A stretch of DNA of 64,000 bases from Macrostomum lignano (taxonomy: Eukaryota), in the NCBI GenBank assembly GCA_002269645.1, contig NIVC01000910.1, positions 6,630-70,629 on the forward strand. The letters are read 5' to 3'. The translations under genes and the position numbers were made by a program. Every line of letters begins with the position of its first letter. The first letter of the stretch is position 1. Shown in pieces: positions 36,834 to 51,300 of the stretch. The notes beneath the pieces are model-generated. The model was given only the letters and a program-made list of their open reading frames with translations. It was not told the origin of the DNA and ran no database searches.

Positions 36834-39800
36834 CTTCAACAAGCGGCAGCTCAGCCGGATCTACCCGAAGGGCACCCGGGTGGACTCCGGCAACTACATG
36901 CCGCAGCTGTTCTGGAATTCCGGTTGTCAACTGGTGGCTTTGAATTTTCAAACTCTGGGTAATTTTTGTGTTACCAAATAATAAAAAGTACAGACACCTC
37001 CTAATATAGATAGATACTCGTAGCAGATAAACGGTTAAGCAGTAGACCGGTTTTAGGTACACCTGTTGGGTAGGTCAAATAACTGGTAAATAGTTTAGGA
37101 CTGAGGTTAGGTCGGTAAGTACTTTATAGATAGGTATGTAAGGTAGGTAATGGTGGGTAGGTAGTGCGTAGGTAGGTGAGTAGGTAGGAAGGAAGATAGG
37201 TAAGTAGGGTAGGTAGGTAACGTAGGTAAGTACACGTAGGTAAGGTCAGACACCGTAAGGAAAGAGTCAGAAACCTGTCGGGTAAGGGTCAGACATCTGT
37301 CAGGTAAGGATCAGACAAGTGTCAGCTAGGTAAAGAGCAGACAAGTGTCAGGTAAGGATCAGACACCTGTCAGGTAAGGGTCAGACATCTTTCGGGTAAG
37401 GATCAGACAAGTGTCAGGTAAAGGTTAGTACACCTGACACCTGTCAATTAAGGCTCAGACACCTGTCAGGTAAGGGTTAGACACCTATCAATTAAGGCTC
37501 AGACACCTGTCAGGTAAGGGTTAGACACCTGTCAATTAAGGATCAGACACCTGTCAGGTAAGAGTCAGACACCTGTCAATTAAGGCTCAGACACCTGTCA
37601 ATTAAGGCTCAGACACCTGTCAATTAAGGCTCAGACACCTGTCAATTAAGGCTCAGACACCTGTCAGGTAAGGGTTAGACACCTGTCAATTAAGGATCAG
37701 ACACCTGTCAGGTAAGAGTCAGACACAGGCCAGTCCCGTACTGCGACCCGCAGACCTGGGCCTGCAGCTAAACCTGGGCATGTTCCACTACCAGCGCCGC
37801 TGCGGCTACCTCCTGAAGCCAGAGTTCATGCGCCGGCCGGACCGCAGATTCGACCCCTTCGCCGAGACCACCGTGGACGGCATCGTTGCCAGCAGCGTGT
37901 CTGTTGAAATTCTGTCCGGCTATTTTTTGTCCGATCGAAAAATTGGCACCTACGTTGAGGTGGAGATGTACGGACTGCCCGCCGATACGGTTAGGAAGCG
38001 ATTTCAAACTCGGGTTGTGCCCTCGAATGGAATTAATCCGAGTTACAATCAGGAAGCATTCGTCTTTAAAAAGGTAGCGTATTAGAAAAGTTGACTTTAT
38101 TGGACATTCTAGATAGTTTCGTTGGGTTTGGTTCTGTAAATTTGGATTAGTCTTTGTCGGGTTTGGATATGTACATTCTGGGTGGTCTTTGTCGGGTTTG
38201 GGTATGTACATTCGGGGTGGTCTTTGTCGGGTTTGGGTATGTACATTCGGGGTGGTCTTTGTCGGGTTTGGGTATGTAAATTGGGGGTAGTCTTTGTCGG
38301 GTTTGCGTATGTACATTCGGGGTGGTCTTTATCGGGTTCGGGTATGTACATTCAAGGTGGTCTTTGTCGGGTTTGGGTATGTACATTGGGGGAGGGTATT
38401 CGTCGGGTTTGGGTATGTAAATTGGGGGTGGTCTTTGTTGGTGACAAAGACTGCTAGCGAATATGATATTTTCTTAAATTTTAGATCCTTGTTATATTAC
38501 TCTAGATATTTTCAACAGAGCTTGTCTTTAAGATCAGACCGAGTACTTCAGGCATTTTAAAACGACAGCTGAACTTCTCGAAAAACCGCAGGTGGTCCTG
38601 CCTCAGCTGGCCACTCTTCGAATCGCCGCGTTGGAAGAGTCTGGCCGCCTCATCGGCCAGAGATTCCTCCCCGTTGACTCGCTGAGACCCGGCTACCGTC
38701 ACGTGACCCTGTTCACCGAGCTGATGCAGCCGTTACCATTGGCAACGCTGTTTGTCTGTCTAAAAGTTAGCGACTACGTGTCTGACGTGTTTGCAGGTTG
38801 GTCCTGCGACAAAGATTTGAGACTTCAAAAAACATGTAGCCACACACCCTCTGACAAAGACTACCTACAATCAATGTACACACACGCCCCGAAAAAGACT
38901 ACCTGCAATCAATGTACACACACACGCCCCGAAAAAGACTACCTGCAATCAATGTACACACACACACGCCCCGACAAAGACTAACTGACATCAATGGACA
39001 CACACGCCCTGACAAAGACTACCTGCAATCAATGTACACACACACGCCCCGACAAAGACTACCTGCAATCAATGTACACACACTCCCCGACAATGCCTTA
39101 CCTTCAATCAATGTACACACACGCCCCGACAAAGACTACCTGACATCAATGCACACACCCTCAGTGACAAAAGACTACCCGCAATGTGCACACACACCCG
39201 ACAAAAACTGCCTCCACTAATCCTCTTAATCTGCAATCACTCTAATTACGTGAGCTCAAATCATTAGCCAACTATACCTGGCTAAAAAACCCCAGAGTTC
39301 GCGGCAGCTCTGGCCAATCCAATACAATACCTGAACGAAATGGAGAAGCACCAGCAGCAGCTGATGGTGCTGACTGAAGACTTTGAAGTGACGGTGAGTA
39401 ATCTGGTATGAGTAATTTATTGCACACAACACCTACGGGGCTAAATACAGAAGTTTGCCTTCAGCTACGTACACCAGTTGTGTTGGCTCAATGTACACTC
39501 TTATCAACCCCTGCCCCACATCACTCCAATGTACACTCTTATCAACCCCTGCCCCACATCACTACAATGTACAATCTTATCAACCCCTGCCCCACATCAC
39601 TACAATGTACAATCTTATCAACCCCTGCCCCACATCACTACAATGTACAATCTTATCAACCCCTGCCCCACATCACTCCAATGTACACTCTTATCAACCC
39701 CTGTCCCACCTCACACCAATGTACACTCTTATCAACCCCTGTCCCACCTCACTCCAATGTACACTCTTATCAACCCCTGCCCCACATCACTCCAATGTAC

Positions 39801-42800
39801 ACTCTTATCAACCCCTGTCCCACCTCACTCCAATGTACACTCTTATCAACCCCTGTCCCACCTCACTCCAATGTACACTCTTATCAACCCCTGCCCCACC
39901 TCACTCCAATGTACACTCTTATCAACCCCTGCTCCACCTCACTCCAATGTACACTCTTATCAACCCCTGCCCCACCTCACTACAATGTACACTCTTATCA
40001 ACCCCTGCCCCACGGCACTCCAATGTACACTCTTATCAACCCCTGTCCCACCTCACTACAATGTACACTCTTATCAACCCCTGCTCCACGGCACTCCAAT
40101 GTACACTCTTATCAACCCCTGCCCTACCTCACTACAATGTACACTCTACAGAATAAGCCGCATCAACCGCAGCCTCAGCAGCATCTGGACAGTGAGTCCC
40201 AACAAGGAAATCTGACTGCTTCCAACACGGAAGCAACTGGAAGCGGTACGCCCAGACGCCAGCAACAGCCTCGAAAGCTGCAGCGGACGGCAACGCTAGG
40301 AGGTCGTGAAGGTGCTCCGCCGTCGCCACCGCTCGTAGAGGCCTCGGGGGGCTCTGCTGCTGCGACGTCCAGCGCAGCTGATTTGACAGCAGCCGCCACA
40401 GGAGGCGGCGTGACGCGGGCTGCTGGAGGTGGCGGTGAGGCGGGACGCGTGGCTAAGGGATTAAGTTGGCTGAGAGCCAGGATGATGACTAGTGATGATT
40501 TTGGTGAATGACTAGATCTCTGGCTTTTTTATTGACTATATTTCTTTTTTAATGACTAGAGATCTGGATTCTTGAATAACTAGAGATCTGGGGTCTTGAA
40601 TGACTAGAGATCTGGATTCTTGAATAACTAGAGATCTGGGGTCTTGAATGACTAGAGATCTGGATTCTTGAATAACTAGAGATCTGGGGTCTTGAATGAC
40701 TAGAGATCTGGACTCTTAAATGACTAGATCTGGACTCTTAAATGACTAGAAATCTGGATTCTTGAATGACTAGATCTGGGTTCTTGAATGACTAGAAATT
40801 TGGGTTCTTGAATGACTAGATCTGGGTTCTTGAATGACTAGAGCTGGGTTCTTGAATGACTAGAGCTGGGTTCTTGAATGACTAGATCTGGGTTCTTGAA
40901 TGACTAGATCTGGATTCTTGAATGACTAGATCTGGGTTCTTGAATGACTAGATCTGGACTCTTAAATGACTAGAAATCTGGATTCTTGAATGACTAGATC
41001 TGGGTTCTTGAATAACTAGAGATCTCGATTCTTGAATGACTAGATCTGGGTTCTTCAATGACTAAATCTGGGTTCTTGAATGACTAGATCTGGGTTCGTG
41101 AATGACTAGATCTGGCTTCTTGAATGACTAGATCTGGCTTCTTGAATGACTAGATCTGGCTTCTTGAATGACTAGATCTGGCTTCGTCAATGACTAGATC
41201 TGGCTTCGTGAATGACTAGATCTGGCTTTTTGAATGACTAGATCTGGCTTCTTGAATGACTAGATCTGGGTTCTTGAATGACTAGATCTGGGTTCTTGAA
41301 TGACTAGAGATCTGGGTTCTTGAATGACTAGATCTGGCTTCGTCAATGACTAGATCTGGACTCTTGAATGACTAGATCTGGACTCTTGAATGACTAGATC
41401 TGGGTTCTTGAATAACTAGAGATCTGGGTTCTTGAATGACTAGATCTGGCTTCGTCAATGACTAGATCTGGACTCTTGAATGACTAGATCTGGGTTCTTG
41501 AATGACTAGATCTGGACTCTTGAATGACTATATCTGGCTTCTTGAATGACTAGATCTGGCTTCTTGAATGACTAGAAATCTCGATTCTTGAATGACTAGA
41601 TCTGGGTTCTTCAATGACTAGATCTGGGTTCTTGAATGACTAGATCTGGGTTCTTGAATGACTAGATCTGGATTCTTGAATGACTAGATCTGGCTTCTTG
41701 AATGACTAGATCTGGGTTCTTGAATGACTAGATCTGGATTCTTGAATGACTAGATCTGGCTTCTTGAATGACTAGATCTGGCTTCTTGAATGACTAGATC
41801 TGGCTTCTTGAATGACTAGATCTGGCTTCGTCAATGACTAGATCTGGCTTCTTGAATGACTAGATCTGGCTTCTTGAATGACTAGATCTGGCTTCGTCAA
41901 TGACTAGATCTCGATTCTTGATCTGTTCAACAATCCTAAACAAATGACTAGATCAGGAATCACGTGCTGCTAATCTCCCATCACCGTAAACAATCGCAAA
42001 CTCGCCAGGACTGCGTCGAAAGTTCATGTCGGTGTACAGCAAAGCGACAGATTTGCAGAATCAGCAACCGGACGGTGCAGCTGGCACCACAGACAGCTTC
42101 GTGGCCAGAAGCCTGCTATCGGGTCTGGCTTGGAGGGTTCATCAATTGGCCCTTTTAGTTTCATAGTTATAATTCGTTGTATTTTAATCGATACTGAGCA
42201 TGACTTTAGTATAACGAACTTTATACTGCAGTTTACGAGTATACGTATCTCCATGTGTAGCTTTAGTATTCCATCAATGCCACACAACGCTCCAATCAAA
42301 CCCTGCCCCAATGACTCCCCAATGACTCACTCCAATGTACACACTTCTATCAACCCCTGCCCCAATGACTCACTCCAATGTACACACTCCTATCAACCCC
42401 TGTCCCAATGACTCACTCCAATGTACACACTCCTATCAACCCCTGTCCCAATGACTCACTCCAATGTACACACTCCTATCAACCCCTGTCCCAATGACTC
42501 ACTCCAATGTACACACTCCTATCAACCCCTGCCCCAATGACTCACTCCAATGTACACACTCCTATCAACCCCTGCCCCAATGACTCACTCCAATGTACAC
42601 ACTCCTATCAACCACTGCCCCAATGACTCACTCCAATGTACACACTCCTATCAACCCCTGTCCCAATGACTCACTCCAATGTACACACTCCTATCAACCC
42701 CTGTCCCAATGACTCACTCCAATGTACACACTCCTATCAACCACTGCCCGTATATTCAGCAATAGACACATAGCTATGCATATAATGTCTAGCATGCTGC

Positions 42801-45800
42801 TTATAAAGTTTTTATCAAATTTTTCTTTATTCAGACCAATACATTTTAATCATTAATTATGGAGACCTTTATTTGATACTAACTTAACACTCCTTTTTAC
42901 GAGCCCAGTTAGATAAAATTTGGTTATATAACTAAATATTTCAAAGTACAAACCAAACTGCACACCTTGCAGACTCCACCTGCGTACAGAAGCCCAGCCT
43001 TGAGGACATAAAAAAGGACAAGAAGTATCAGAAGCTGGTGCAAAAGTGCGAAAAGGAATATTTGGCCCTGTTGAAACGAAATCAAAAGGTATGAATTACA
43101 ACTTAAATAGGAGTTGACACGAAAATTGGCCTGGAGACTTGAGTACGACTCTTGAGACCCCTCTCCAATGTACACGTTTATCAACCCTTCTTTAATGTAC
43201 ATTCTTATCAACCCTCTCCAATGTACACTCTTATCAACCCCTGTCCCACCTCACTCCAATGTACACTCTTATCACCCCTGTCCCACCTCACTCCAATGTA
43301 CACTCTTATCAACCCCTGTCCCACCTCACTCCAATGTACACTCTTATCAACCCCTGTCCCACCTCACTCCAATGTACACTCTTATCAACCCCTGTCCCAC
43401 CTCACTCCAATGTACACTCTTATCACCCCTGCCCCACCTCACTCCAATGTACACTCTTATCAACCCCTGTCCTACCTCACTCCAATGTACACTCTTATCA
43501 ACCCCTGTCCCACCTCACTCCAATGTACACTCTTATCAACCCCTGTCCCACATCACTCCAATGTACACTCTTATTAACCCCTGTCCTACCTCACTCCAAT
43601 GTACAATCTTATCAACCCTGTCCCACCTCACTCCAATGTACACTCTTATCAACCCCTGCCCCACCTCACTCCAATGTACACTCTGCGACCATCGACTGTC
43701 CCCAGGGTAAGTTGAGTTCCCAAAGCCCCTGAGAACTGACTCGCCACTGTAACCTGACAGGAACTGGTGTCCCTTCGAGCCAAGCATCGCATCGCTCTAG
43801 CCAAGCTACACTCCGACGGTGTCCCGGCGTCTTCGCTCTCCTCGTCGACCAAGCGCCGATTCTTTGGCGGCGGCGGCAAACTGCTCTCGCAGTCGCTGCG
43901 ACAGCACGCCGCCTCGCACGAGGAGATTCGAGGCGAAGCAGCCAGGAGCGCCTCCGAGAAAGAGTTCGGCAAGCGGGTGAGAATTTCGAGTTGGAGGTTT
44001 GCCCATTCAGTGGCGCCAAGTTCAGAAGAGTGGCGCCAAATTCAGAAGAGTCGCAGTAAATTTGGAAGAGTGGCGCTAAAATCAGAAAAGCGGCGCCAAA
44101 ATCAGGAGAGTGGCGCCAAATTTAGAAGAGTGGCGCCAAAATCTGAAGAGCGGCGCCAAATTCAGAAGAGTGGCGCTAAAATGAGAAGAAAGGTGCCAAA
44201 TTTGGAAGAGTGGCGCTAAAATCAGGAGAGTGGCGCCAAAATCAGGAGAGTGGCGCCCAAATCAGAACAGGCGCCAAAATCAGAAGAGTAGCGCAAGGGC
44301 ACAATATTTAAGTTTTTCGTCACTTTTTACATTTTAACCTCTAAAACATGTATTTTCGATACATATCGTCCCAACTCAGGCCGGTCCCCTGTCCAGCGCC
44401 CAGGACTCCGAGGTCCGCGACCAGCTGGAGATTCAGGCCAGGGCCGAATACGAACTGCAGGTCCGACATCGGGCAGCTCAACAGGACGAGCTGCTGCGAG
44501 CGGTGGTCACAGCGACGGCGGTCGGGGAAAAGACGCTGAACTCGCTGTACACCCAGGAGCACGCGGCGCTGAAGAAAGCGCAGGAAAAGCACCGTAACGC
44601 TGAGGCGCGGCAGTTGACCAAGCAGTTCAAAGCGCAGCAGCAGGGCGCATCTGCCAACGCCATTGCCGACCTGCGCGAGGCCCGTCGTGAGTGCCAGCAG
44701 CGCCAGGTGGCCGGGGCGGTCGCCGAGCTGCAGGCGCTCGACGGGTTGCACAAGAAGCGACTTCGAGAGCTGAGAGACCACGGCGACTGTCTGCGGCGGG
44801 CGGTTGAGACCGAGTTTGATGAGGTTTGAACACACACACGCGCTCACACAGGGTGTACCGGCGGCCCTGACTTTTAATAGTCATGAATGTGGCCGCGGAT
44901 CGAACCAGGAAAACATCTTCTTTCACCTATGTGCTCTATTTTCGAAATTATGACAGAATGTTTAACGAATGGACACGGATAATGTTGAACCGTTAGCCCA
45001 GTAGCAATTGCAGGATCCTTTGATTAACCACAGGTTTACAGGTTAGACAGGTGGTTTTACCGGGTAGACAGGTAGGTTTACAGGTTAGACAGGTGGTTTT
45101 ACCGGGTAGACAGGTAGGTTTACAGGTTAGACAGGTGGTTTTACCGGGTAGACAGGTAGGTTTACAAGTTAGACAGGTAGGTTTACCGGGTAGACAGGTG
45201 GGTTTACCGGTTAGACAGGTAGGTTTACAGGTTAGACAGGTAGGTTTACAGGTAAGATGGGTAGGTTTACAGGTTAGACAGGTAGGGTTACAGGTTAGAC
45301 AGGTAGGTTTACAGGTTAGATGGGTAGGTTTACAGGTTAGACAGGTAGGTTTGCAGGTTAGACAGGTAGGTTTACAGGTTAGAAAGGTAGGTTTACCGGT
45401 TAGACAGGCAGATTTACAGGTTAGACAGGTAGGTTTACAGGTTAGACAGACAGATTTACAGGTTAGACAGACAGATTTACAGCTAAGACAGGTAGGTTTA
45501 CAACTTAGACAGGTAGATTTACAGGTTAGAAAGGTAGGTTTACAGGTTAGACAGGTAGGTTTACAGGTTAGACAGGCAGATTTACAGCTAAGACAGGTAG
45601 GTTTACAGGTTAGACAGGTAGGTTTACAGGTTAGACAGGTAGGTTTACAGGTTAGACAGGTAGGTTTACAGGTTAGACAGGTAGGTTTACTGATTAGACA
45701 GGTAGGTCTACTAGTTAGACAGGTAGGTTTACAGGTTAGACAGGCAGGTTTACAGGTTAGACAGGTAGGTTTACCGGGTAGACAGGTAGGTTTACAGGCT

Positions 45801-45985
45801 ACACAGGTAGATTTATAGGTCAGACAGACAGATATTTTGAAAAAAAAACTCCTTTGAACTATATTTCCCAGGAACGCCGCAAACTTGACGAAGAGCAGTT
45901 ATCTCGCCTAGTTGAGATCAACAAAAGCGCCGTGGAGACTACAGCTGGAGCCGCAGCTGCTGGAGTGCTGCGTCCAACGAACTGA
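36834..45985 (+). CDS. PLCB: Phospholipase C-beta (PLCB4/norpA-like), 3' ten exons: 36834-36958, 37754-38073, 38592-38796, 39296-39393, 40152-40434, 42009-42122, 42973-43088, 43761-43976, 44404-44823, 45872-45985
   Basis: Y-box [40 protein letters not shown]; C2 domain ([20 protein letters not shown]); ALANPIQY; C-terminal coiled coil. All intron phases join correctly, ending at TGA 45985. Confidence 0.95.
37250..37730 (+). repeat. Intronic ~24-bp minisatellite (gacacctgtcaattaaggctca)
   Basis: Direct inspection. Confidence 0.9.
38150..38430 (+). repeat. Intronic 35-bp minisatellite (atgtacattcggggtggtctttgtcgggtttgggt)
   Basis: Direct inspection. Confidence 0.9.
38845..39200 (+). repeat. 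Intronic ~40-bp minisatellite (caatcaatgtacacacacgccccgacaaagactacctg)
   Basis: Direct inspection. Shares ccgacaaagac and aatgtaca with the reverse complement of the 35-bp repeat. Confidence 0.85.
39485..40145 (+). repeat. Intronic 38-bp minisatellite (caatgtacactcttatcaacccctgtcccacctcactc)
   Basis: About 17 copies. The same family recurs at 43165-43680. Confidence 0.93.
40510..41925 (+). repeat. Intronic ~22-bp minisatellite (tgactagatctgggttcttgaa)
   Basis: About 60 copies. Confidence 0.95.
42290..42745 (+). repeat. Intronic 43-bp minisatellite related to the 38-bp family
   Basis: caatgtacacactcctatcaacccctgtcccaatgactcactc repeated. Confidence 0.92.
43165..43680 (+). repeat. Intronic 38-bp minisatellite (second array)
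   Basis: Same unit as 39485-40145. Confidence 0.92.
44010..44290 (+). repeat. Intronic ~21-bp minisatellite (agtggcgccaaaatcaggag)
   Basis: Direct inspection. Confidence 0.85.
45040..45830 (+). repeat. Intronic 21-bp minisatellite (caggtaggtttacaggttaga)
   Basis: Direct inspection. Confidence 0.93.
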
Positions 45986-46539
45986 CAGCTCGTAACCATG
46001 ACAACAGTTTCCGAGTTTATTTATTTATTTTTTCGGACAAGTATAGAAATGAAGGTCATGCGGTCAGAATCTAGTATCCTAGTAGGCATATTATAAACTT
46101 GTATTACAATGTGTCATTGTGAAGAATCTTAAGAAGTACCTATGTCAGTTCTTGTAGTTCTCCTTATACTAACCAGATCTGATTATTTTACCAGACTCTA
46201 TACGATAATGTTAATTTAAATCTTACTGTAATGTAGCTTTCAGTTAAATCTCACTGAATTAAATCCTACATTCCGGGAACCACAAGCATAAATTTATAAT
46301 CTTTACTAAACTACGTACTTCTAAAATATATTTTAGCCCCGTATCAGAGGTGTGTCTTAAAAAACAATTTCGACTTCATCGGGTTTTTACTTTAAGTAGA
46401 ATGACTAGAAAAGTTAATTCGATTTTCTGCACAAATCCCAGATGTAGTTATATAATTGCATAGCTTCATAACATACCGGATTACGGTAAATTTAATCGAG
46501 AGGAGATTATGAAGACGTAGGATAATGAAGAGAGAATGA

Positions 46540-47600
46540 ATAGAGAGTAGGATAAAGGCAAGGGGAATCCCAGAGGGTAGGATAAAGGCAAGGGGAATCC
46601 CAGAGGGTAGGATAAAGGCAAGGGGAATCCCAGAGGGTAGGATAAAGGCAAGGGGAATCCCAGAGGGTAGGATAAAGGCAAGGGGAATCCCAGAGGGTAG
46701 GATAAAGGCAAGGGGAATCCCAGAGGGTAGGATAAAGGCAAGGGGAATCCCAGAGGGTAGGATAAAGGCAAGGGGAATCCCAGAGAGTAGGATAAAGGCA
46801 AGGGGAATCCAAGAGGGTAAGGATAAAGGCAAGGGGAATCCCAGAGGGTAGGATAAAGGCAAGGGGAATCCCAGAGGGTAGTATAAAGGCAAGGGGAATC
46901 CCAGAGGGTAGGATAAAGGCAAGGGGAATCCCAGAGAGTAGGATAAAGGCAAGGGGAATCCCAGAGGGTAGGATAAAGGCAAGGGGAATCCCAGAGAGTA
47001 GGATAAAGACAAGGGGAATCCCAGAGAGTAGGATAAATAAAGGCAAGGGGAATCCCAGGGGTTAAAATATCCGAATAGAGGCAAGGGGAATCCCAGAGAG
47101 TAGGATAAAGGCTAGGGGAATACCAGAAAGTAGGATAAATAAAGGCAAGGGGAATCCCAGAGAGTAGGATAAAGATAAGGGGAATCCCAGAGAGTAGGAT
47201 AAATAAAGGCAAGGGGAATCCCAGAGAGTAGGATAAAGGCAAGGGGAATCCCAGAGAGTAATATAAATTAAGGCAAGGTTAATCCCAGAGTAGGATAAAG
47301 GCAAGGGGAATCCCAGAGAGTAGGATAAATAAAGGCAGGGGGAATCCCAGAGAGTAGGATAAAGACAAGGGGAATCCCGGAGAGTAGGATAAATAAAGGC
47401 AATGGGAATCCCAGAGAGTAATATAAATAAGGCAAGGGGAATCCCAGAGAGTAGGATAAAGGCAAGGGGAATCCCAGAGAGTAGGATAAATAAAGGCAAG
47501 GGGAATCCCAGAGAGTAGGATAAAGGCAAGGGGAATCCCAGAGAGTAGCATAAAGGCCATGGGAATCCCAGAAGTTGAATATAAGGCAAGGAGAATCCCA
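46540..47600 (+). repeat. 30-bp minisatellite (ggataaaggcaaggggaatcccagagggta)
   Basis: Direct inspection. Confidence 0.95.
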
Positions 47601-48574
47601 GAGGGCTATATTTAGGTACATGGAAGGACGGAAATCAAAGGTACAAACAAGGTGAATCAATTTAGAGACAAATAGAGAACAAACAATCAAGAATTATTAT
47701 TTATACATAAACGGTCTGCATAAAGCGTTCACAACTCTCAGTTATATTTAAATTATTTTTACATTTACAGTACAATATACAATCGGTAGAAGTAGCAATT
47801 AAACAGAGATATACAACAACAAACAGAAAATAAGCAATTTATGCAACACACAAACAAACAATTCTAGACAGACAAGACAGCAATTCAATAATTTGTACCT
47901 GCAGAAGCGCGCGCATGGAATATCATTACATATTTTTAATTTCTACTTGTAATTAAAAACAAGAAACTTCAAGCAAAAATAAGCAGCCCTTTCTACTCAT
48001 CTAAGTAATATATAGAGCAAAGTAATTAGTAGATATACAGGTAAGCTTGAAATTAAATTATATAAGGCTTAATTTCTAAATTTCATGCGCCAAGTTTGCG
48101 TGGAGAATTAAGAAATAATGTTAAAACATTTTTTGGTTGGCTTCAGTTGGCTAAAAGTACAAACAAATGTAGTTTGTAGAAAAATGTTAATAAATAAGGC
48201 GTATAATTGATTAATTAATAAATAAGTAGACAGAATTAAAGGTTAACACAGCCGGCAAAGGTGAGCATAACCGATTTCAGTTAAAATTGATTTTTGTTTT
48301 AAACTTAGAAATAACTACTACGCTCGTATATAATTCAGACTTTTTGGATAATGCACAGTTTTTAGACAGAGAATGAATGGCTAGCTTATGATATAACAGC
48401 TCATGTGAATCATTATCGAGGTCCAACAGTGTGTGAACAGTTATTGGTGGCAAGCACACAGAGTGAGCAGGGTTGAATTCTTTGCATACTTGAGATGAAA
48501 CATGTACATGAAATATTTAGTGGAATCGCTGAATAAACTGCTTCCTTGATACTACGCCATTAGGTGTACCTATG

Positions 48575-49215
48575 AGAATCTGGGAGGCTGGCCCAGCAAC
48601 TGAGGATCTGAGAGGCTGGCCCAGCAACTAATGAGGATCTGATAAGCTGGCCCAACAACTAATGAGGATCTGAGAGGCTGGCCCAGCAATTGAGGATCTG
48701 GGAGGCTGGCCCAGCAACTGATGAGGATCTGAGAGGCTGGCCCAGCAACTGAGAATCTGAGGCTGGCCCAGCAACTGAGGATCTGAGAGGCTGGCCCAGC
48801 AACTGAGGATCTGGGAGGCTGGCCCAGCAACTGAGGATCTGAGAGGCTGGCCCAGCAACTAATGAGGATCTGATAAGCTGGCCCAACAACTAATGAGGAT
48901 CTGAGAGGCTGGCCCAGCAACTGAGGATCTGGGAGGCTGGCCCAGCAACTGAGGATCTGAGAGGCTGGCCCAGCAACTGAGGATCTGGGAGGCTGGCCCA
49001 GCAACTGAGGATCTGAGAGGCTGGCCCAGCAACTGAGGATCTGAGAGGCTGGCCCAGCAACTGAGGATCTGGGAGGCTGGTGGCCCAGCAACTGAGGATC
49101 TGAGAGGCTGGCCCAGCAACTGAGGATCTGGGAGGCTGGCCCAGCAACTGAGGATCTGGGAGGCTGGCCCAGCAACTGAGGATCTGAGAGGCTGGCCCAG
49201 CAACTGATGAGGATC
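48575..49215 (+). repeat. 28-31-bp minisatellite (ggctggcccagcaactgaggatctgaga)
   Basis: Direct inspection. Confidence 0.93.
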
Positions 49216-49974
49216 TAGCAAAAAGCGAACACAGTGAAAGCAATCAAAAGCAAGCTACCAGAAGGGCCAAGCAAATACAAAGCTATATCACACGCAGAAT
49301 GTTACACAAAAGTAATTAACTCATCATCATTGCATTGCTGCCTGACCGTCGAGTGCTGACTTCCGGCCTCTGTGGTGTCAGCTGAAATGAAAGTTTAATG
49401 AATAAACAAACAATGTAGAAACTTATAAAAACTATAGAAATAAAAAGTTAGTAAGAATATTAAAATGTTTAATAGCATTCAGTAATTTTTCATGCTTTCT
49501 CAAATAAATTTGCTTTTCAGATCATTCAAAAAAGTCAACTAAAAGTTGTGTAACACACTACTAATAGTTCTATTAGTCAGAGTAGTAGAAAGTGCAAAAT
49601 TACATTATTTTTGTTTGCACTAAAATTTCAACTACATCTGAAAAATGATTTAACTTTTAAAGTACGTGAAAATATGGATTCCAGTTAGTTACCAATGTTG
49701 GGTGACCACATTTTTACAGCCAAGTTGTGAACACTGTTGTTTTAAATGATTTTTAATTACAAATTACATGTAATTATAATTATGATTGTTTACCTGCCTG
49801 TATAACATTTTTAATTAGAAATAGAAAAGTTTACTACAAAAACTGAGCTGTGTGAATTAGTATAGCAAAACTGCCGTTTGTGCACAAGAGGAAATGCTTG
49901 TTCAAAACGCATGAAAATGACCTTTAATGTAAGTTTGAATGTATATAGCTTGCTTGACATAGACATTAAGAGGT

Positions 49975-50360
49975 GTGAAGTGATGCAACCAACAATGACT
50001 TATAAATGAGAGAGTATGTGAAGTGATGCAACCAACAATGACTCATAAATGAGAGGGTGTAAAGTGATGCAACCAACAATGACTCATAAATGAGAGAGGA
50101 TGTGAAGTGATGCAACTAACAATGACTCATAAATGAGAGAGGATGTGAAGTGGTGCAACCAACAATGACTCATAAATGAGAGAGGATGTGAAGTGATGCA
50201 AACAACAATGACTCATAAATGAGAGAGGATGTGAAATGATGCAACCAACAATGACTCATAAATGGGAAAGGATGTGAAGTGATGCAACCAACAATGACTC
50301 ATAAATGAGAAAGGATGTGAAGTGATGCAACCAACAATGACCCATAAATGAGATAGTGCG
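49975..50360 (+). repeat. ~43-bp minisatellite (gtgaagtgatgcaaccaacaatgactcataaatgagagaggat)
   Basis: About 9 copies. Confidence 0.9.
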
Positions 50361-51001
50361 AAGTGATAAAGCTAAAAATGACCATGGAATGATTTTGACG
50401 GGCATATAAAGTTCAGCACTTCAATTTGACGCTGTCATTCATTGTTAATTTCCAGCACACCATGAGTTAAAAGCCAGACCGAACTACTGCAGATTAGCTC
50501 AAACAAACCAAAAAATGTCGTTTTATAGATAATGGTCAAAAAAAACAAAAATAACTTTGTTATGCATTGATATTATAACATTATTAAGCTGCTAAAGATA
50601 TTGGCTTGCTGGTTTCGCAGGTTAATGAAATATAGTTAAGTGTTATATATTACTATTAAACATGAGTTATTGCAGTATAGTTAAACAAATATACCTTGTT
50701 TAATTTGCAGGAATTTTTAGTCATTCTATCCGAGAGATTCTAAGAAAAAAACGGCAAGGTAAAGGAACTGCACAAATACGATTGGCTTATTAAATAAAGT
50801 GATTTAGTTTTCGGTAGAGGATTTAATCATTTTACAATCGGGAAAGATATAATTGATTGATTTATTAAAATCAACAAATTGTGACAAATGTTATCACACA
50901 ACGGCAACACTTTATACTAAATAATTGTTAATTAATCTGTTAAAGTTTTGTATTCCGGATTAGGGATTATCTTTGTTTATTAACTTATGTAATCATGGGA
51001 C

Positions 51002-51300
51002 AGTAGTAGTATGGGATAACAGAACTCCGCCGCAGGAACCTCCGTGGAAAAGCCATGGGCCCTAGTGAGCGAACATACGGGCCCATGCAAATCCATTGAG
51101 CGACTCTGCCGCAGGGCAGGCCATGGAAATTCCGTGAGACCTCCTAGTGAGAGTACATTGGTGCAAGTATTTGCGAATGGGGTGGGGCTCCGCGGGAATT
51201 CCGTTAACCGCAATGAATGAGTATTGGCAAATGCGTGTTCTGCTACGACGGACACAGGCGGTTCGGTTCATAAAACCAGGCAATGCTTTGCTTCTGAATG
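51002..51300 (+). repeat. Putative left terminal inverted repeat of the Polinton; candidate 6-bp TSD TGGGAC at 50996-51001
   Basis: (AGT)3 start is typical of Polinton termini. GC-rich with repeated gccatgg and ctagtgag motifs. The partner TIR is not visible, so the length is an estimate. Confidence 0.6.

Noticed and set aside
39408-49243. ORFs read through minisatellites ([31 protein letters not shown])
   Set aside because: They lie in PLC introns or downstream repeats; the exon phases are fully explained without them.
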